DNA from: an uncultured bacterium | Lineage (GTDB): Bacteria > JAGOEH01 | Assembly (NCBI GenBank): GCA_964632485.1 | Contig: CAZWDO010000002.1 | Location: 310,001-347,430, forward strand | Direction of reading: 5' to 3' | DNA: 37,430 bases | Shown here: positions 1 through 10,821 of the stretch, piece after piece | Numbering within the stretch: the first letter of the stretch is position 1 | Layout of the letters: each line of letters starts with the position of its first letter | Notes under the pieces: generated by a model | Database searches by the model: none | Seen by the model: only the letters and a program-made list of their open reading frames with translations | Told to the model about the DNA's origin: nothing | Position numbers and translations under genes: made by a program

Positions 1-2
1 GC

Positions 3-1676
3 TACAATAAAAAAAAGATTGCCGGTAAAGTTTTATTAATTGGGGGAGGGATTGCCGTTGGGGTTCTGACGGGGGGCATCGGACTTGGGATTATTGCGGC
101 GCTTGCCGGGGCAAAATATCTGATGACAAAGATATTTAATGAAATCAGCAATCAAAAACAAAAAAAACGATTGAGGAAATATATCAAGGGTAATCCTGAA
201 GGTGATAAGTTGCGAAAGGGAGAAAATCTGAATTTATTGACGGAAGATGCTTGCGCAGCTATTAAAAAGACTTGGGTGCATTTACGGATTGCCACTGAAC
301 TTGCGCTTGATTATAAAAAGAATATGGGCGACCTGGCTCAACCTGAAACCTGTGAAGATGCCATTGCTCCTGCTCAAACCGCCATGAATTTTATCCATCA
401 TTTCGATAAAGGGCGTGGATATTTGGTGCCGGCATATCTGCTTTGCGCTAAGTTAATTGAAGAATACATAAAATTTTCCGATAATTGGTCCCAGATCAAC
501 AGCAAAATGGAACTGATTATCACGCAACAAATGGCCAATTTTCTCAATACTGGCGGTCAGGATTTTATAAAAAAAATGGGCAAACTGTTGAATGTGGATT
601 CAAGTAGTTCAAACCTGATGGAGGATTCATTCCGGCCGACGACAGAATCCTCTGAAAACCTGGTCAACTATTCGGGTAAAGGGGTTTTCGGTCAAAAATC
701 TATGCGAACCGTGGATATTGAGGATGTTTTGAAGAATTTGAACGACACCATGGAAAGCTCGATCCACGCCTATGAAACCCATCGCGCGCCAATTGATTTT
801 TCAAAACATGCCCTCAAAGAAGCATTTAACTTATTGTCTCCAAATCAATTAAAAAAGAATAAGCTCTCCCGCTGGATAGGCATGGAATCGCAAAGTATCC
901 TGCGATTTGAACTATTATTAAAACAATTATTGGAAAAATTTGACAATCCGAACATTTTCCGGAAAATACACCACCGGTTTCGTAACTGGAATTTGGCAAA
1001 TTCAAAAGGTAAAAAGTTTATATCGATTTTAAATGAGGCTATTGATGTTGGATCCTCGGTCGGTGGGGTTAGCATTGGAGTTAGCGATGCTTTGGAGAAA
1101 TCTTCAAAAATATTTATTAAAAGCGCTAATTCTCTGACCGCTAATACATTGTCATTTACGAATGAATGGGTGACGTTTCGCTATGGCGCCAAAAAAAGTA
1201 TGATGGAAAGCGATTTGTTAACGCTTGAGGAGAACGCCATTGCAAATAGTATCACAAATGACAAGGATGTAAAAAAGTATGCGACAGTGGTTTCGGAAAA
1301 ATTGTTTAAAAAAGCTGCTCATCATTTTAAAAAAGGGATTGATAAAAGTAAAGATATTGAAAAAAAATCCAGCGATGTATCCACTATTTCCAAACTTTTC
1401 GATTATGCGCAAGCCATTTACGAAGTGCACCACCATTTCGATAAGATGGAACGCTATTTAATGACCTCGATTCTTGTTTCTTTGTTTATGATGTTGAGAG
1501 TTGAGTTGTTGGCGGAAGAGGAGAAACGGATTATTACCTTTGTTGACAGTTTCACAAAACCATTTGTTATTGGCAATTTTAATCATATCAATTGTCTTTC
1601 CAAGGGCAGTATCTGCTATGGACCGCGCATCGACCAGAGCGGCAACTATTATGCCAAACCCCATGAACCCTTGTAA
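3..1676 (+). CDS. Hypothetical protein, 5'-truncated by the window edge, with a Gly-rich hydrophobic segment near the N-terminus
   Basis: The frame of ORF 123..1676 is open back to position 3 (YNKKKIAGKVLLIGGGIAVGVLTGGIGLGIIAALAGAKYLM...). No family recognised. Confidence 0.75.
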   Translation, partial: YNKKKIAGKVLLIGGGIAVGVLTGGIGLGIIAALAGAKYLMTKIFNEISNQKQKKRLRKYIKGNPEGDKLRKGENLNLLTEDACAAIKKTWVHLRIATELALDYKKNMGDLAQPETCEDAIAPAQTAMNFIHHFDKGRGYLVPAYLLCAKLIEEYIKFSDNWSQINSKMELIITQQMANFLNTGGQDFIKKMGKLLNVDSSSSNLMEDSFRPTTESSENLVNYSGKGVFGQKSMRTVDIEDVLKNLNDTMESSIHAYETHRAPIDFSKHALKEAFNLLSPNQLKKNKLSRWIGMESQSILRFELLLKQLLEKFDNPNIFRKIHHRFRNWNLANSKGKKFISILNEAIDVGSSVGGVSIGVSDALEKSSKIFIKSANSLTANTLSFTNEWVTFRYGAKKSMMESDLLTLEENAIANSITNDKDVKKYATVVSEKLFKKAAHHFKKGIDKSKDIEKKSSDVSTISKLFDYAQAIYEVHHHFDKMERYLMTSILVSLFMMLRVELLAEEEKRIITFVDSFTKPFVIGNFNHINCLSKGSICYGPRIDQSGNYYAKPHEPL

Positions 1677-1705
1677 TAATGTTGACAAAGTGATTGGAAA
1701 TACCC

Positions 1706-3097
1706 ATGAAATTAGTCCCATTTTTAAGTGATTCCCGTTGGGGATTTGCAGGTATTGACGGGAGTATTGTTATTGATTGCCAATATAATGAAGTTTGGCC
1801 ATTTAATGAGGGACGCGCCAGGCTCAGGCAGGATAACCGGTTTGGTTTCATTGATGAGCAGGGACACGTCGTCATCGAGCCCAAATGGGATATTGCCGAT
1901 GATTTCAAAGAAGGCCTGGCACGGGTCGTTAAAAACGAACGGTGGGGACTTATCGATCCGGAGGGCCGCGTAATGTTGGTATGTGAATTTGTTTCCATCT
2001 CAGATTTTGAAAATGGGATTGCCATACTTTATGACGGTAAGTTGTTCGGTTTTTATAATTGCGAGGGTGAATTAATTATTCCCTTGATTTATGAAGAAGT
2101 CAGCGTATTCTATGATGATATCGCTCTGGTGTCAAAAAATGGTAAATGGGGCGCCATCAATCGAAAGGGAGTGGAATTGATTCCATGTCAATTCACTGAG
2201 CTTTTTCCGCCCTGCGAAGGCCTGCTGCGATTTTGTCAAACCATTCAATCCGAAGAATCGACCCATGAACCGGAGGTAATGCAAATAGAAGATTTCTATG
2301 GATTTTATTCCACCGATGGAATATGTAAAATAACTGCCGGTTTTACCGATGCCGCAGATTTTTCGGGGGGACTGGCGCGCGCGCAGTGGACGGAAATTGT
2401 TGGAAATAAAAAAATCACTAAAAATGGCTATATTAATAAAGAAGGGCTTAAGGTACTGGAACTTGACTATCTGGAACTCAGCGATTTTTCTGACCGGATG
2501 GCCGCTATATCCAGCCTGGACAATGATGATCGTTTAAGATGGGGATTTATCAACACTTCCGGCACGGAAGCTGTTCCCTGCATTTTTGATTGGGTGTACC
2601 CATTTTCATTGGGACGGGCGATCGTCATTGATAATGGCTGCTATGGCGTGATTAATACACGAAACGAATGGATCATCCAAGCGAACTATCAAAAGATGAT
2701 ACACTTGCCTTCAGGTTTTTTTGCGGCTTTCGACGGCACTCTTTGGCATTTTATCTCACTTCAGGGCAGAGTACTCACTGATAATGGCTTTGAATCGTTT
2801 GACGATTTTAATAATGGCTATGCTCCAATTTGCCGACAGGGTCTTTGGGGTCTGATCGAGATTCATGGGCAACTGGTAATTCCCTGCATGTACGAAGAAA
2901 TCCAACCATTTTCTGAGGGAGTAGCCGGCGCAAAACTGAATGGGAAATGGGGGTATATTAATGAAAAAAATAAATGGGTAATCCCACCGCAATTCGACAA
3001 TGTCGGGTTTTTTCAGGATAATATTGCCAGGGTGATGCGACAAGATCACTGGGTCTATATCCATATCAACGGGGTTTCATATTTCAGGGATGATTAG
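1706..3097 (+). CDS. WG-repeat (KWG-type) protein
   Basis: About 12 units of [W/F/Y]G[F/Y/L]I[D/N]xxGxxxIxxx[Y/F]dxxxxFxxG (e.g. KWGYINEKNKWVIPPQFDNVGFFQDN). ATG 1706 preferred over TTG 1694. Confidence 0.9.
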   Translation: MKLVPFLSDSRWGFAGIDGSIVIDCQYNEVWPFNEGRARLRQDNRFGFIDEQGHVVIEPKWDIADDFKEGLARVVKNERWGLIDPEGRVMLVCEFVSISDFENGIAILYDGKLFGFYNCEGELIIPLIYEEVSVFYDDIALVSKNGKWGAINRKGVELIPCQFTELFPPCEGLLRFCQTIQSEESTHEPEVMQIEDFYGFYSTDGICKITAGFTDAADFSGGLARAQWTEIVGNKKITKNGYINKEGLKVLELDYLELSDFSDRMAAISSLDNDDRLRWGFINTSGTEAVPCIFDWVYPFSLGRAIVIDNGCYGVINTRNEWIIQANYQKMIHLPSGFFAAFDGTLWHFISLQGRVLTDNGFESFDDFNNGYAPICRQGLWGLIEIHGQLVIPCMYEEIQPFSEGVAGAKLNGKWGYINEKNKWVIPPQFDNVGFFQDNIARVMRQDHWVYIHINGVSYFRDD

Positions 3098-3336
3098 TCG
3101 TATTTTTACTTGACTTTTTTTTAAAAAATGATTATATATACAAACTTAAATTCAGAATTGCTTCTATTTCCTGAACAAGTGAAATCGTTCGGTTCCGCGC
3201 ATTGATTAAATGATCGGAGAGATAGCGACTGAAATGCGGTGTTGAATTTTGGCTGGCAGCGTAGCTCCAATTTTATGGACGTGATTAATTTCATGAAGAT
3301 TTATATTTTAATTGCCCGATGAGAAGGAGGAATGAC

Positions 3337-4311
3337 ATGGTTCATGCGCGAATCATTGGTACCGGTGCTTATGTTCCTGAAGATATATTAACGAATCATG
3401 ATCTGGAACAAATTGTTGACACATCGGATCAGTGGATTACGGAACGTACAGGTATAAAGGTCAGACATCGAGTTAAAGATGAAACAACAAGTGATTTGGC
3501 TGCCAAAGCAGCTATCCGGGCTCTGGAGATGGCGCAACTGGATGCCAATGAACTTGATCTGATTATTGTGGCTACTATTACCCCGGATTATATATTTCCG
3601 TCTGTATCCTGTTTGATTAAAAGCAAGATTGGCGCCAAACGCGCCGCAGCCTTTGATTTGAGCGCCGGTTGTTCCGGTCTGGTTTATGGACTTTCAGTCG
3701 CTAAAAGTTTTATTATTAGCGGTCAATACCGTCATATTTTGGTCATTGGCGCCGAAGTATTGACCTCCATTGTTAATTGGGAAGACCGCAATACCTGCGT
3801 ATTGTTTGGTGATGGCGCGGGAGCGGTCGTTGTTGGTCCTTCTGAAGAACCGGGTATTATTGATTATATTATCGCTGCCGATGATAAAGATGCGATGGAA
3901 CTGTGCCTTCCTGCGGGGGGAGTTGCGCAGCCCATTACGTGTGAATTGATTGAAGAAAAGCAGAATAAGCTTTATATGAACGGCGCGGCGATCTTTAAAT
4001 TGGGCGTCAAAGCCATGGCAACAGTTTCCCGGAATATTTTAAAGAAGAACCACATGACACCGGCAGATATCGATTGGCTGATTCCCCATCAAGCTAATAT
4101 CAGAATTATACAATCCGTGGGTGAATTATTAAAAATTGATCCGCAAAAAGTGATTATCAATGTTGAAAATTATGGGAATACATCCGCTGCATCTATCGGC
4201 CTTGCGCTGGATGAAGCAATTCGGGACGGACGTATTCAAAAAGGCCATCATGTGGTTTTGACTGCTTTTGGCGCCGGTCTCACCTGGGCTGGAATGTTGT
4301 TCCGCTATTAG
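3337..4311 (+). CDS. fabH: 3-oxoacyl-ACP synthase III
   Basis: DTSDQWITERTGI, AGCSG (Cys), PHQAN (His), GNTSAAS (Asn). AGGAGG precedes ATG 3337. Confidence 0.96.
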   Translation: MVHARIIGTGAYVPEDILTNHDLEQIVDTSDQWITERTGIKVRHRVKDETTSDLAAKAAIRALEMAQLDANELDLIIVATITPDYIFPSVSCLIKSKIGAKRAAAFDLSAGCSGLVYGLSVAKSFIISGQYRHILVIGAEVLTSIVNWEDRNTCVLFGDGAGAVVVGPSEEPGIIDYIIAADDKDAMELCLPAGGVAQPITCELIEEKQNKLYMNGAAIFKLGVKAMATVSRNILKKNHMTPADIDWLIPHQANIRIIQSVGELLKIDPQKVIINVENYGNTSAASIGLALDEAIRDGRIQKGHHVVLTAFGAGLTWAGMLFRY

Positions 4312-4315
4312 CAAC

Positions 4316-5704
4316 GTGCGTATCTACCGCGTCCTCTATTGGCTGTTCCTGTTCTCATTCGCGCTTCATGCGCAATTCCGCATATTTAATAAATCGGATA
4401 CATCCTCTATTGGCTATGTTGTTTATAATTTATCGCAGGATTCAATTGTAAGCTCTCTCCATGCCGATACGTTGTTTCCACCTGCTTCCATCTTGAAAAT
4501 ACTGAGCAGCGCGTGTTTGATTGAGAATTTTAATCTTTCAGTTTTTACCCCTACTCGCATCGGTTATGACGGTATCATCGTCAACGATACCTCATTCCTG
4601 GGGAATCTGATCATCGACGCGGGCGGCGATCCTCTGCTTGAATCCGGTTGGGTTCCCTCAAACCAGTTTCTATCAGAATTGATCCTTTTTTTTAAAACAA
4701 AGCAAATTCGTACGATCCGTGGAAATCTGATTTTAAACTTAAACCATCTCCAGCCTACTCAACGAATGCCTTCGCTAACGGAGGATGATCAGCAATGGTG
4801 GTATGCGGCTCCCTATGGCGGATTCATGTTTCACATCAACTATTGCACCGCCACCTTGCAACGGTTGGCCGAGCAATGGATTTGCTCGGTGGAACCTCAA
4901 GCCGCAGATATAAAAATCCAAACAAAAATTAAAACGCTTCGTCATACGTCGGCTCAATTTCGAATTTTATGGAACGAACCAATTTCAGAATTAAACATTA
5001 TCGCCGCAATCCCTGAAGTGATTCAGACCTACCGGCTAAAAATCGCCGTTCCCGATCCCGACTCCTGGGCGCTAAAGGTCATTGATCAGTCTCTCCGGGA
5101 TGCAGCTATCCATACACAGTTGTCTTATCAATTCAACCGCTCCAAGCCTTCCATTCCACCTGTTGATTATCATCTAATCCATCAAATCGATCTTTTACCC
5201 CTTGATTCGATACTAATGTTCGCTAATCGCGAAAGTTCCAATCCCATTTTTGAACACCTTTTTTGTTATCTGTTAAACGATGTGGATCATGCAGATCAGT
5301 ATTTAATGGAGTACTTCACAAAATACAGTAACAACCCCTTGAAAGGTTCTATTTACGATCATTCGGGTTTAGATGTGGCCAATTCTTTGTCACTGGCGGA
5401 ATGGCTGGCATTTTTTAAGGGACTCTATCGTGAGAATCCTCAACTTTGGCGCCGAATGCAGGCAACCTTGCCCATCGGGTCGGAGATATTTCCCGGCGTA
5501 ACGCAGGATAACGGAACTCGGGTTAAAACCGGGTTGTTGCCAAATGCTTGTGGGATGGCAATTATGGGTATGCATGAGGAAGATGAACTGGTTGCGTTGT
5601 TTTTCAATAAAAATTCAAATTTGGAAAATAGCCGGAAATTTTTCAGAATTATTTCTCAATGGGCGTATTCATTGTTCTATAAAAATGGTGAGGATGAAAA
5701 ATGA
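4316..5704 (+). CDS. dacB: D-Ala-D-Ala carboxypeptidase/endopeptidase, peptidase S13 (PBP4-like)
   Basis: PASILK (SxxK), GGDPLL, ESSN (SxN), DHSGL and KTG motifs. GTG 4316 gives a signal-peptide-like N-terminus. Confidence 0.85.
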   Translation: MRIYRVLYWLFLFSFALHAQFRIFNKSDTSSIGYVVYNLSQDSIVSSLHADTLFPPASILKILSSACLIENFNLSVFTPTRIGYDGIIVNDTSFLGNLIIDAGGDPLLESGWVPSNQFLSELILFFKTKQIRTIRGNLILNLNHLQPTQRMPSLTEDDQQWWYAAPYGGFMFHINYCTATLQRLAEQWICSVEPQAADIKIQTKIKTLRHTSAQFRILWNEPISELNIIAAIPEVIQTYRLKIAVPDPDSWALKVIDQSLRDAAIHTQLSYQFNRSKPSIPPVDYHLIHQIDLLPLDSILMFANRESSNPIFEHLFCYLLNDVDHADQYLMEYFTKYSNNPLKGSIYDHSGLDVANSLSLAEWLAFFKGLYRENPQLWRRMQATLPIGSEIFPGVTQDNGTRVKTGLLPNACGMAIMGMHEEDELVALFFNKNSNLENSRKFFRIISQWAYSLFYKNGEDEK

Positions 5705-6165
5705 AGCTTTTAATTCAACGGGTGAGTGAAGCGGCGGTATGGATTGATGATGCTGTCTATAGCCGCATCGACCGGGGAATTCTGGCATTGGTGGGAGTGC
5801 GTGATTCCGATCGGGAAGAGGATGCGTTATATTTAACTGATAAATTGATTCATCTGCGGATATTTCCGGATACCCAGGGTAAAATGAATTGTTCTCTGAT
5901 TGATATTCATGGAGATTTGTTAATCGTCAGTCAATTTACATTATATGGTGATTGTAGAAGGGGCCGTCGGCCCTCATTTACGGATTCGGCAGCCCCTGAA
6001 CCCGCCAAAGCGCTAATTGATTTTTTTATCGACCAATGCCGGGCAGCAAGTTCGGGCAAAGTTGAAACCGGAATTTTTGCCGCTGATATGAAAGTGCAAT
6101 TAGTGAATGAGGGACCGGTAACATTTTGTCTTGAAAGCGAACGGCGAAAAGGACTCAATCAATGA
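5701..6165 (+). CDS. dtd: D-aminoacyl-tRNA deacylase
   Basis: QRVSEA, VSQFTL, GRRPSF, NEGPVT motifs. Confidence 0.96.
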   Translation: MKLLIQRVSEAAVWIDDAVYSRIDRGILALVGVRDSDREEDALYLTDKLIHLRIFPDTQGKMNCSLIDIHGDLLIVSQFTLYGDCRRGRRPSFTDSAAPEPAKALIDFFIDQCRAASSGKVETGIFAADMKVQLVNEGPVTFCLESERRKGLNQ

Positions 6166-6758
6166 TGCCCCGATTCCATTTGGTTTTAGCCAGTCAATCG
6201 CCCCGCCGTATTCAATTGCTTCGGCAAATCGGTTGGGATTTTGAAATAGTTCCATCGAACCTGGAAGAGAAGTGGGAACCCCATTGGCCTCCGATAGAAA
6301 CTGCCCGACAATTAGCGGTTCAAAAAGCCCGGGATGTCGCTAATCATCAGCTTTCTCGGGATGTTTTAATTTTAGCGGCTGACACGATTGTAATTATAGA
6401 TAATAAAATCCTGGGCAAACCTTCTACCCCTGATGAAGCCTTTGCTTTTCTGAACCGTTTGAGCGGCCGCTCCCATCAGGTTGTCACTGGGGTATGTCTG
6501 ATATCGCCTCTCCATCCCCAACCCATTGTAGAGGATGTTATGACCTGTGTTTGGTTTTCTCATTTGGAAAACCAGCTTATTGCTGAATATATTCGCGCGC
6601 ATACCCCGTTTGATAAAGCTGGGGGGTATGGAATTCAGGATCGCGGGGCTCTCTTTATTGAACGAATCGACGGATGTTTTTTTAATGTAATGGGTTTGCC
6701 CTTGAATAGGGTATATCAAATGTTCAAGGATAACCAGCTTCTCCGACACCTGTCCTGA
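6162..6758 (+). CDS. maf: Maf-family nucleoside triphosphate pyrophosphatase
   Basis: LASQSPRR, ADTIV, LGKP, DKAGGYGIQ, NVMGLP motifs. Confidence 0.95.
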   Translation: MMPRFHLVLASQSPRRIQLLRQIGWDFEIVPSNLEEKWEPHWPPIETARQLAVQKARDVANHQLSRDVLILAADTIVIIDNKILGKPSTPDEAFAFLNRLSGRSHQVVTGVCLISPLHPQPIVEDVMTCVWFSHLENQLIAEYIRAHTPFDKAGGYGIQDRGALFIERIDGCFFNVMGLPLNRVYQMFKDNQLLRHLS

Positions 6759-6894
6759 TAAAGCCGTATGCCTTTTAGTCGTTTAGCATAACTTCAGATG
6801 TGTCTGGAACTTCAATGACGATGGGTCTATGTTCTAAAACAATTATTCGTAAAAAATGGATAATAATTGAACACATTTTAAAAGGCGCCTTGAT

Positions 6895-7899
6895 ATGAAC
6901 CAAAAATCCAAATCGGAAAATCTTGGACGAAGGATAGTTTTTTTAGTATTTTTCATCTATACGGCTACTTTAGCCGATACGATTCAGTTGCGTTGGACCT
7001 TTCAACCGGATAAAACTGTTGATTTCACAGTAGGTGAGCGGGAAAGCGTTGTAACTCTTAAGCCGGGGCAAGGGATCAATTTCGATAAACTGATTGTAGA
7101 TAGTAACACTACCGATTTTATTGTTGATTTAGTGACGGATTCTGTTGGCAAACGTTTTTATCTCAAAGCGCCTGACAATACCAAAAGCGCCTTTATCGAC
7201 CTGGGAGAATACGAGGCTCATACAATACCCATGGCGCCGGAAAGCGGATACAGTCCCCAGCCGTTAGCGCTGCAAATCGGCCATACATACTGCCTGATGA
7301 CTGCCGATGGCTATCATTATGCCCGGCTTTTTGTGGTCAAACAGCAATTGGAAACCCCTCAAGCCGGTCAAATCGTCACCGCTGATCAATGGGTTCCCGT
7401 TAAACTTACCTATACAATCCCAGTACCCGAAGATAAATTGGAATTATATGAATTGCCCTATCTGGATGAAGAAATCATTGTCAATGGCGAGATCAATCTG
7501 CAATCTTTGGAAGTCGTGGAGCAATTGACACACAAAAAAGAGCGGATAGATATGAGCCAAATCACTCAAATTGAGCATTATCCTCTGATCATGCGCGATA
7601 GTTTCGTATGGTGGAACCGGGGGAAGGTCTTGAAATATCAGCGTATGAAACGACGCTTTTCGCGCGTGGACCAGGAAGAAAGTTTTGTTGACCTGCATTT
7701 GGGAGACGGGCGGTTAGTGACTGCCTATCCCCCCGACAGCAGCGCAATTCTGTTTCGGAGCGGAGGCAGGATCGACTCTCTTTTTTTTATCGGTTTCTTC
7801 TGGATGGAAGAGATTGGCAAATCTAAATATCATCATCTTTGGCAAAGGACCTATCAGGAACGGAAAGAAAAGAAATTTATTCGCCGGATTGAACGTTAG
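6895..7899 (+). CDS. Hypothetical exported protein
   Basis: 334-aa ORF with a signal-peptide-like N-terminus (RRIVFLVFFIYTATLA-D). No family recognised. Confidence 0.7.
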   Translation: MNQKSKSENLGRRIVFLVFFIYTATLADTIQLRWTFQPDKTVDFTVGERESVVTLKPGQGINFDKLIVDSNTTDFIVDLVTDSVGKRFYLKAPDNTKSAFIDLGEYEAHTIPMAPESGYSPQPLALQIGHTYCLMTADGYHYARLFVVKQQLETPQAGQIVTADQWVPVKLTYTIPVPEDKLELYELPYLDEEIIVNGEINLQSLEVVEQLTHKKERIDMSQITQIEHYPLIMRDSFVWWNRGKVLKYQRMKRRFSRVDQEESFVDLHLGDGRLVTAYPPDSSAILFRSGGRIDSLFFIGFFWMEEIGKSKYHHLWQRTYQERKEKKFIRRIER

Positions 7900-8069
7900 A
7901 AATGGCGCGCAACCCTGCTGGTGCTTAGAGGTCATGTATTAGCCGCCGCCGGTGGTTTAATCGGGATCATTCTCATGAGATACGTTTTAACGGAGATACT
8001 CTTTGAATAGATTTAGAGTTTAGAACTGTTATCAGTTTACAAATAGTGATTTAGCCGAAAGGAGACAGA

Positions 8070-10713
8070 ATGTTACAGAAAAATTTCTGGATCATAATTT
8101 TTTTATGGACGATTAGCATTTGGGCTCAGCCATCGTGGTTTTCTGGCAATAATAGCCGATTATTTCAGGCGGCTGCTCCGGAAGCCACCTATCAGGGAAT
8201 GGCTGGGTTTTATAATCCCGCGCTCCTTGCCTACAATTTTGGAATGGAAACGCAATTTTTTTGGGGTGGAGACGGCGATTCTACTCAATGGCGGTCCTTT
8301 CATTTAGCCTTGGGTAAAATGGGTTTTGGGTATGCTAAGACGCATCGGACTATTCCACTGCTCAGCTCTATTTATTGGATGGATAAGACTAAAGTTGATT
8401 TCGAACAATACCGTTTAAGTGGGGCCATCGGCAATCGATCTTTCAGCTTTGGTTACGCTTATCTCTGGAATCGGGGCGATAGCTATTGGGGCGATCAATA
8501 CCTGCTGGGATTTCTCTGGCGGCCGTGGCGCTTGCTTTCTCTGGGTAGTGTGGCGGAACAATTTATTAAAAAAGGCAACATGAGAGGCTATTCGATCAAT
8601 TCTACAGTGGCCTGGCGTCCGTTTTTTTCAAACCGGATGACTCTGTTCGGGGGATATGAGTATGTTAATAATCAAAATTTGGATCTCCAGTCGGGAAGTT
8701 TTTCGGTGGGAGCTCAAATCAAACTGACAGACGGGTTAATGCTTTCGGCAAGTTATTATGATATGCCCAAGGATTATTTAAGAGCAAAATTTTTACCGTT
8801 TGTACCACTTTACAGCAGTATCGCCTATCCGGAATGTGAACAAAGTGAATTCCATTTGACACTAAGTATCAATCTGGGAGTGATTGGCGGATATTTATCC
8901 CATCATCAACTTAATAATAAGCCTACTGGTGGCTCGTCAAACAATAAACAGTATCAGACCTATGGAGCGCGGCTGGGATTTCCTCAGCCTTCCTTGCCCT
9001 GGTCGCATTTCTTCCCGAAGAAAAAAATATTGAAACTCACTCTGAATCAGGATTTATCATATAAAGCCATTACCTGGCAAGGGCAATTTTCAACCTATAG
9101 TTTGCAGGAGCTGATTCGCAAGGTTGGAGAGTCAAAAAGCGTGGATGGGCTTTATTTTATGATTGGTGAGCTGCAATCCGATCCGGCGCTTATTTATGAA
9201 ATCCGTCATGAGCTGACAAAAATTCGTTCCCAGGGAAAGAAAATTTATATCTACTTAGAAAATCCCGCGCTTCTTTCTTATTATCTTGCCAGCGCAGCAG
9301 ATTCAATTTTTATGGATGAATTAAGCGTTATGCCGATGCTGGGTTTGATCATGTCCAACACTTATTATAGCGGATTGTTGGAAAAAATGGGTATTAGCGT
9401 TGATGAATGGCGATTCATGAAATACAAATCAGCCATGGAACCCTTGACGCGTAAAGAGATGTCGGAGGGAGACCGCGAACAGCGGGAACAGTTGATCCAG
9501 GATTTTTATGCGATCTTGAAAGAGGGTATCGCAACCGGGCGCCAGTTGGATGATTCTACTCTGCTGACATTATTTGATGAAGAAATGATTATAACTGCCT
9601 CTCGAGCCAGAGAACTGGGTCTGATCGATGGTATTGGCCGGGCGGAAGATATTTTTACCGATCATAAGAAAATTGAGTTGGTTGGAATGGAAATGACACT
9701 GGGATTGAATGAGGCGCCCGATCAATGGAGCGAACCGGGTGAAATTGCGGTCGTCTATGCGCTGGGAGTCTGCGCCATGGACCAGGGAATCGAAGCCCGT
9801 AAACTGCAGCGGATCTTGAAGAAATTGAAAAATGATGATCAGGTGAAAGCCATTGTCTTGCGCATTGATTCACCCGGTGGCGATGCCCTGGCTTCGGATT
9901 TAGTGGCTAATGAAATTGAGAAGATTAAAAAAATTGCTAATTATAACTTTACTACTTATTTTTATAGAGAATATAACGTCAAAGAAGTTGATGTAATTAT
10001 CGAAAATTATAAGAAAGAATACNNNNNNNNNNATTGAGAAGATTAAAAAGAAAAAACCGGTCGTTATATCCCAGGGATGGCTGGCCGCTTCCGGGGGATA
10101 TTGGCTTTCCATGTATGGTTCCCGCATCTTTGCAACTCCCTTTACAATCACTGGTTCGATCGGAGTGATTGGCGGATGGTTCTATAATAGCGGCTTAAAA
10201 GAAAAGCTTCACTTGACCAATGATAAAGTCAGCATTGGCCAACATGCGGATTTGATGCACGGCACGACGTTTCCGTTTTTAGGCCGTTTACCGGATCGTA
10301 ATCTCAATGATATTGAACGAAATCGTATTAAAACTATGATTTTAGATATGTATCAACAATTTATGAAAAAGGTTTCACGTGGACGTAACCTGCAATTCGA
10401 TAAAGTGGAAGAGATCGCCCAGGGGCGGGTTTGGACCGGTTACCAGGCTTTATCCAGAGGGCTGATCGATGAGCAGGGTTCGCTTTTCGATGCCATAGAC
10501 GCGGCGCGTTTGCTGGCTAAAGTTCCTGCTTGCCATTTTAGTGTAAAAGAGTATCATAAACCCGGCTGGAATGCCTGGGATTTAATACGTCTAAGATACC
10601 CGGCAACCCAGGAAATGATAACTCATCCCGATTATCAATATTGGAAATTTAGAATCGAAAAAAACGGCAATCCACTAATTATGCTACCGGAGCTTTATCA
10701 ATTATCGTACTAA
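8070..10713 (+). CDS. sppA: Signal peptide peptidase SppA (S49, tandem domains) with an extra N-terminal beta-rich domain; split by an assembly gap
   Basis: KYKSAMEP, LRIDSPGG, AASGGYW (right of the gap), TGSIGV, AQGRVWTG. Joining at the 17-nt overlap (9915-9931 = 10033-10049) restores one 841-aa frame. Confidence 0.88.
9932..10032. other. Assembly gap plus 91 nt of foreign AT-rich sequence
   Basis: Ns at 10023-10032. ATTGAGAAGATTAAAAA occurs on both sides. Confidence 0.8.
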
Positions 10714-10821
10714 ACGATTAGAAGGGTTTTTTATTCAGGATTGGTTATGTCTGACAGACGTAAAAATTAAGCGATGGATCGCTGAAATGGAAATGAACCG
10801 ATAAACAAAGCCTGTTGAACT

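Noticed and set aside
3100-3336. Long fabH leader as a riboswitch or ncRNA
   Set aside because: No recognisable family motif or convincing stem set by eye. An Rfam scan would be needed.
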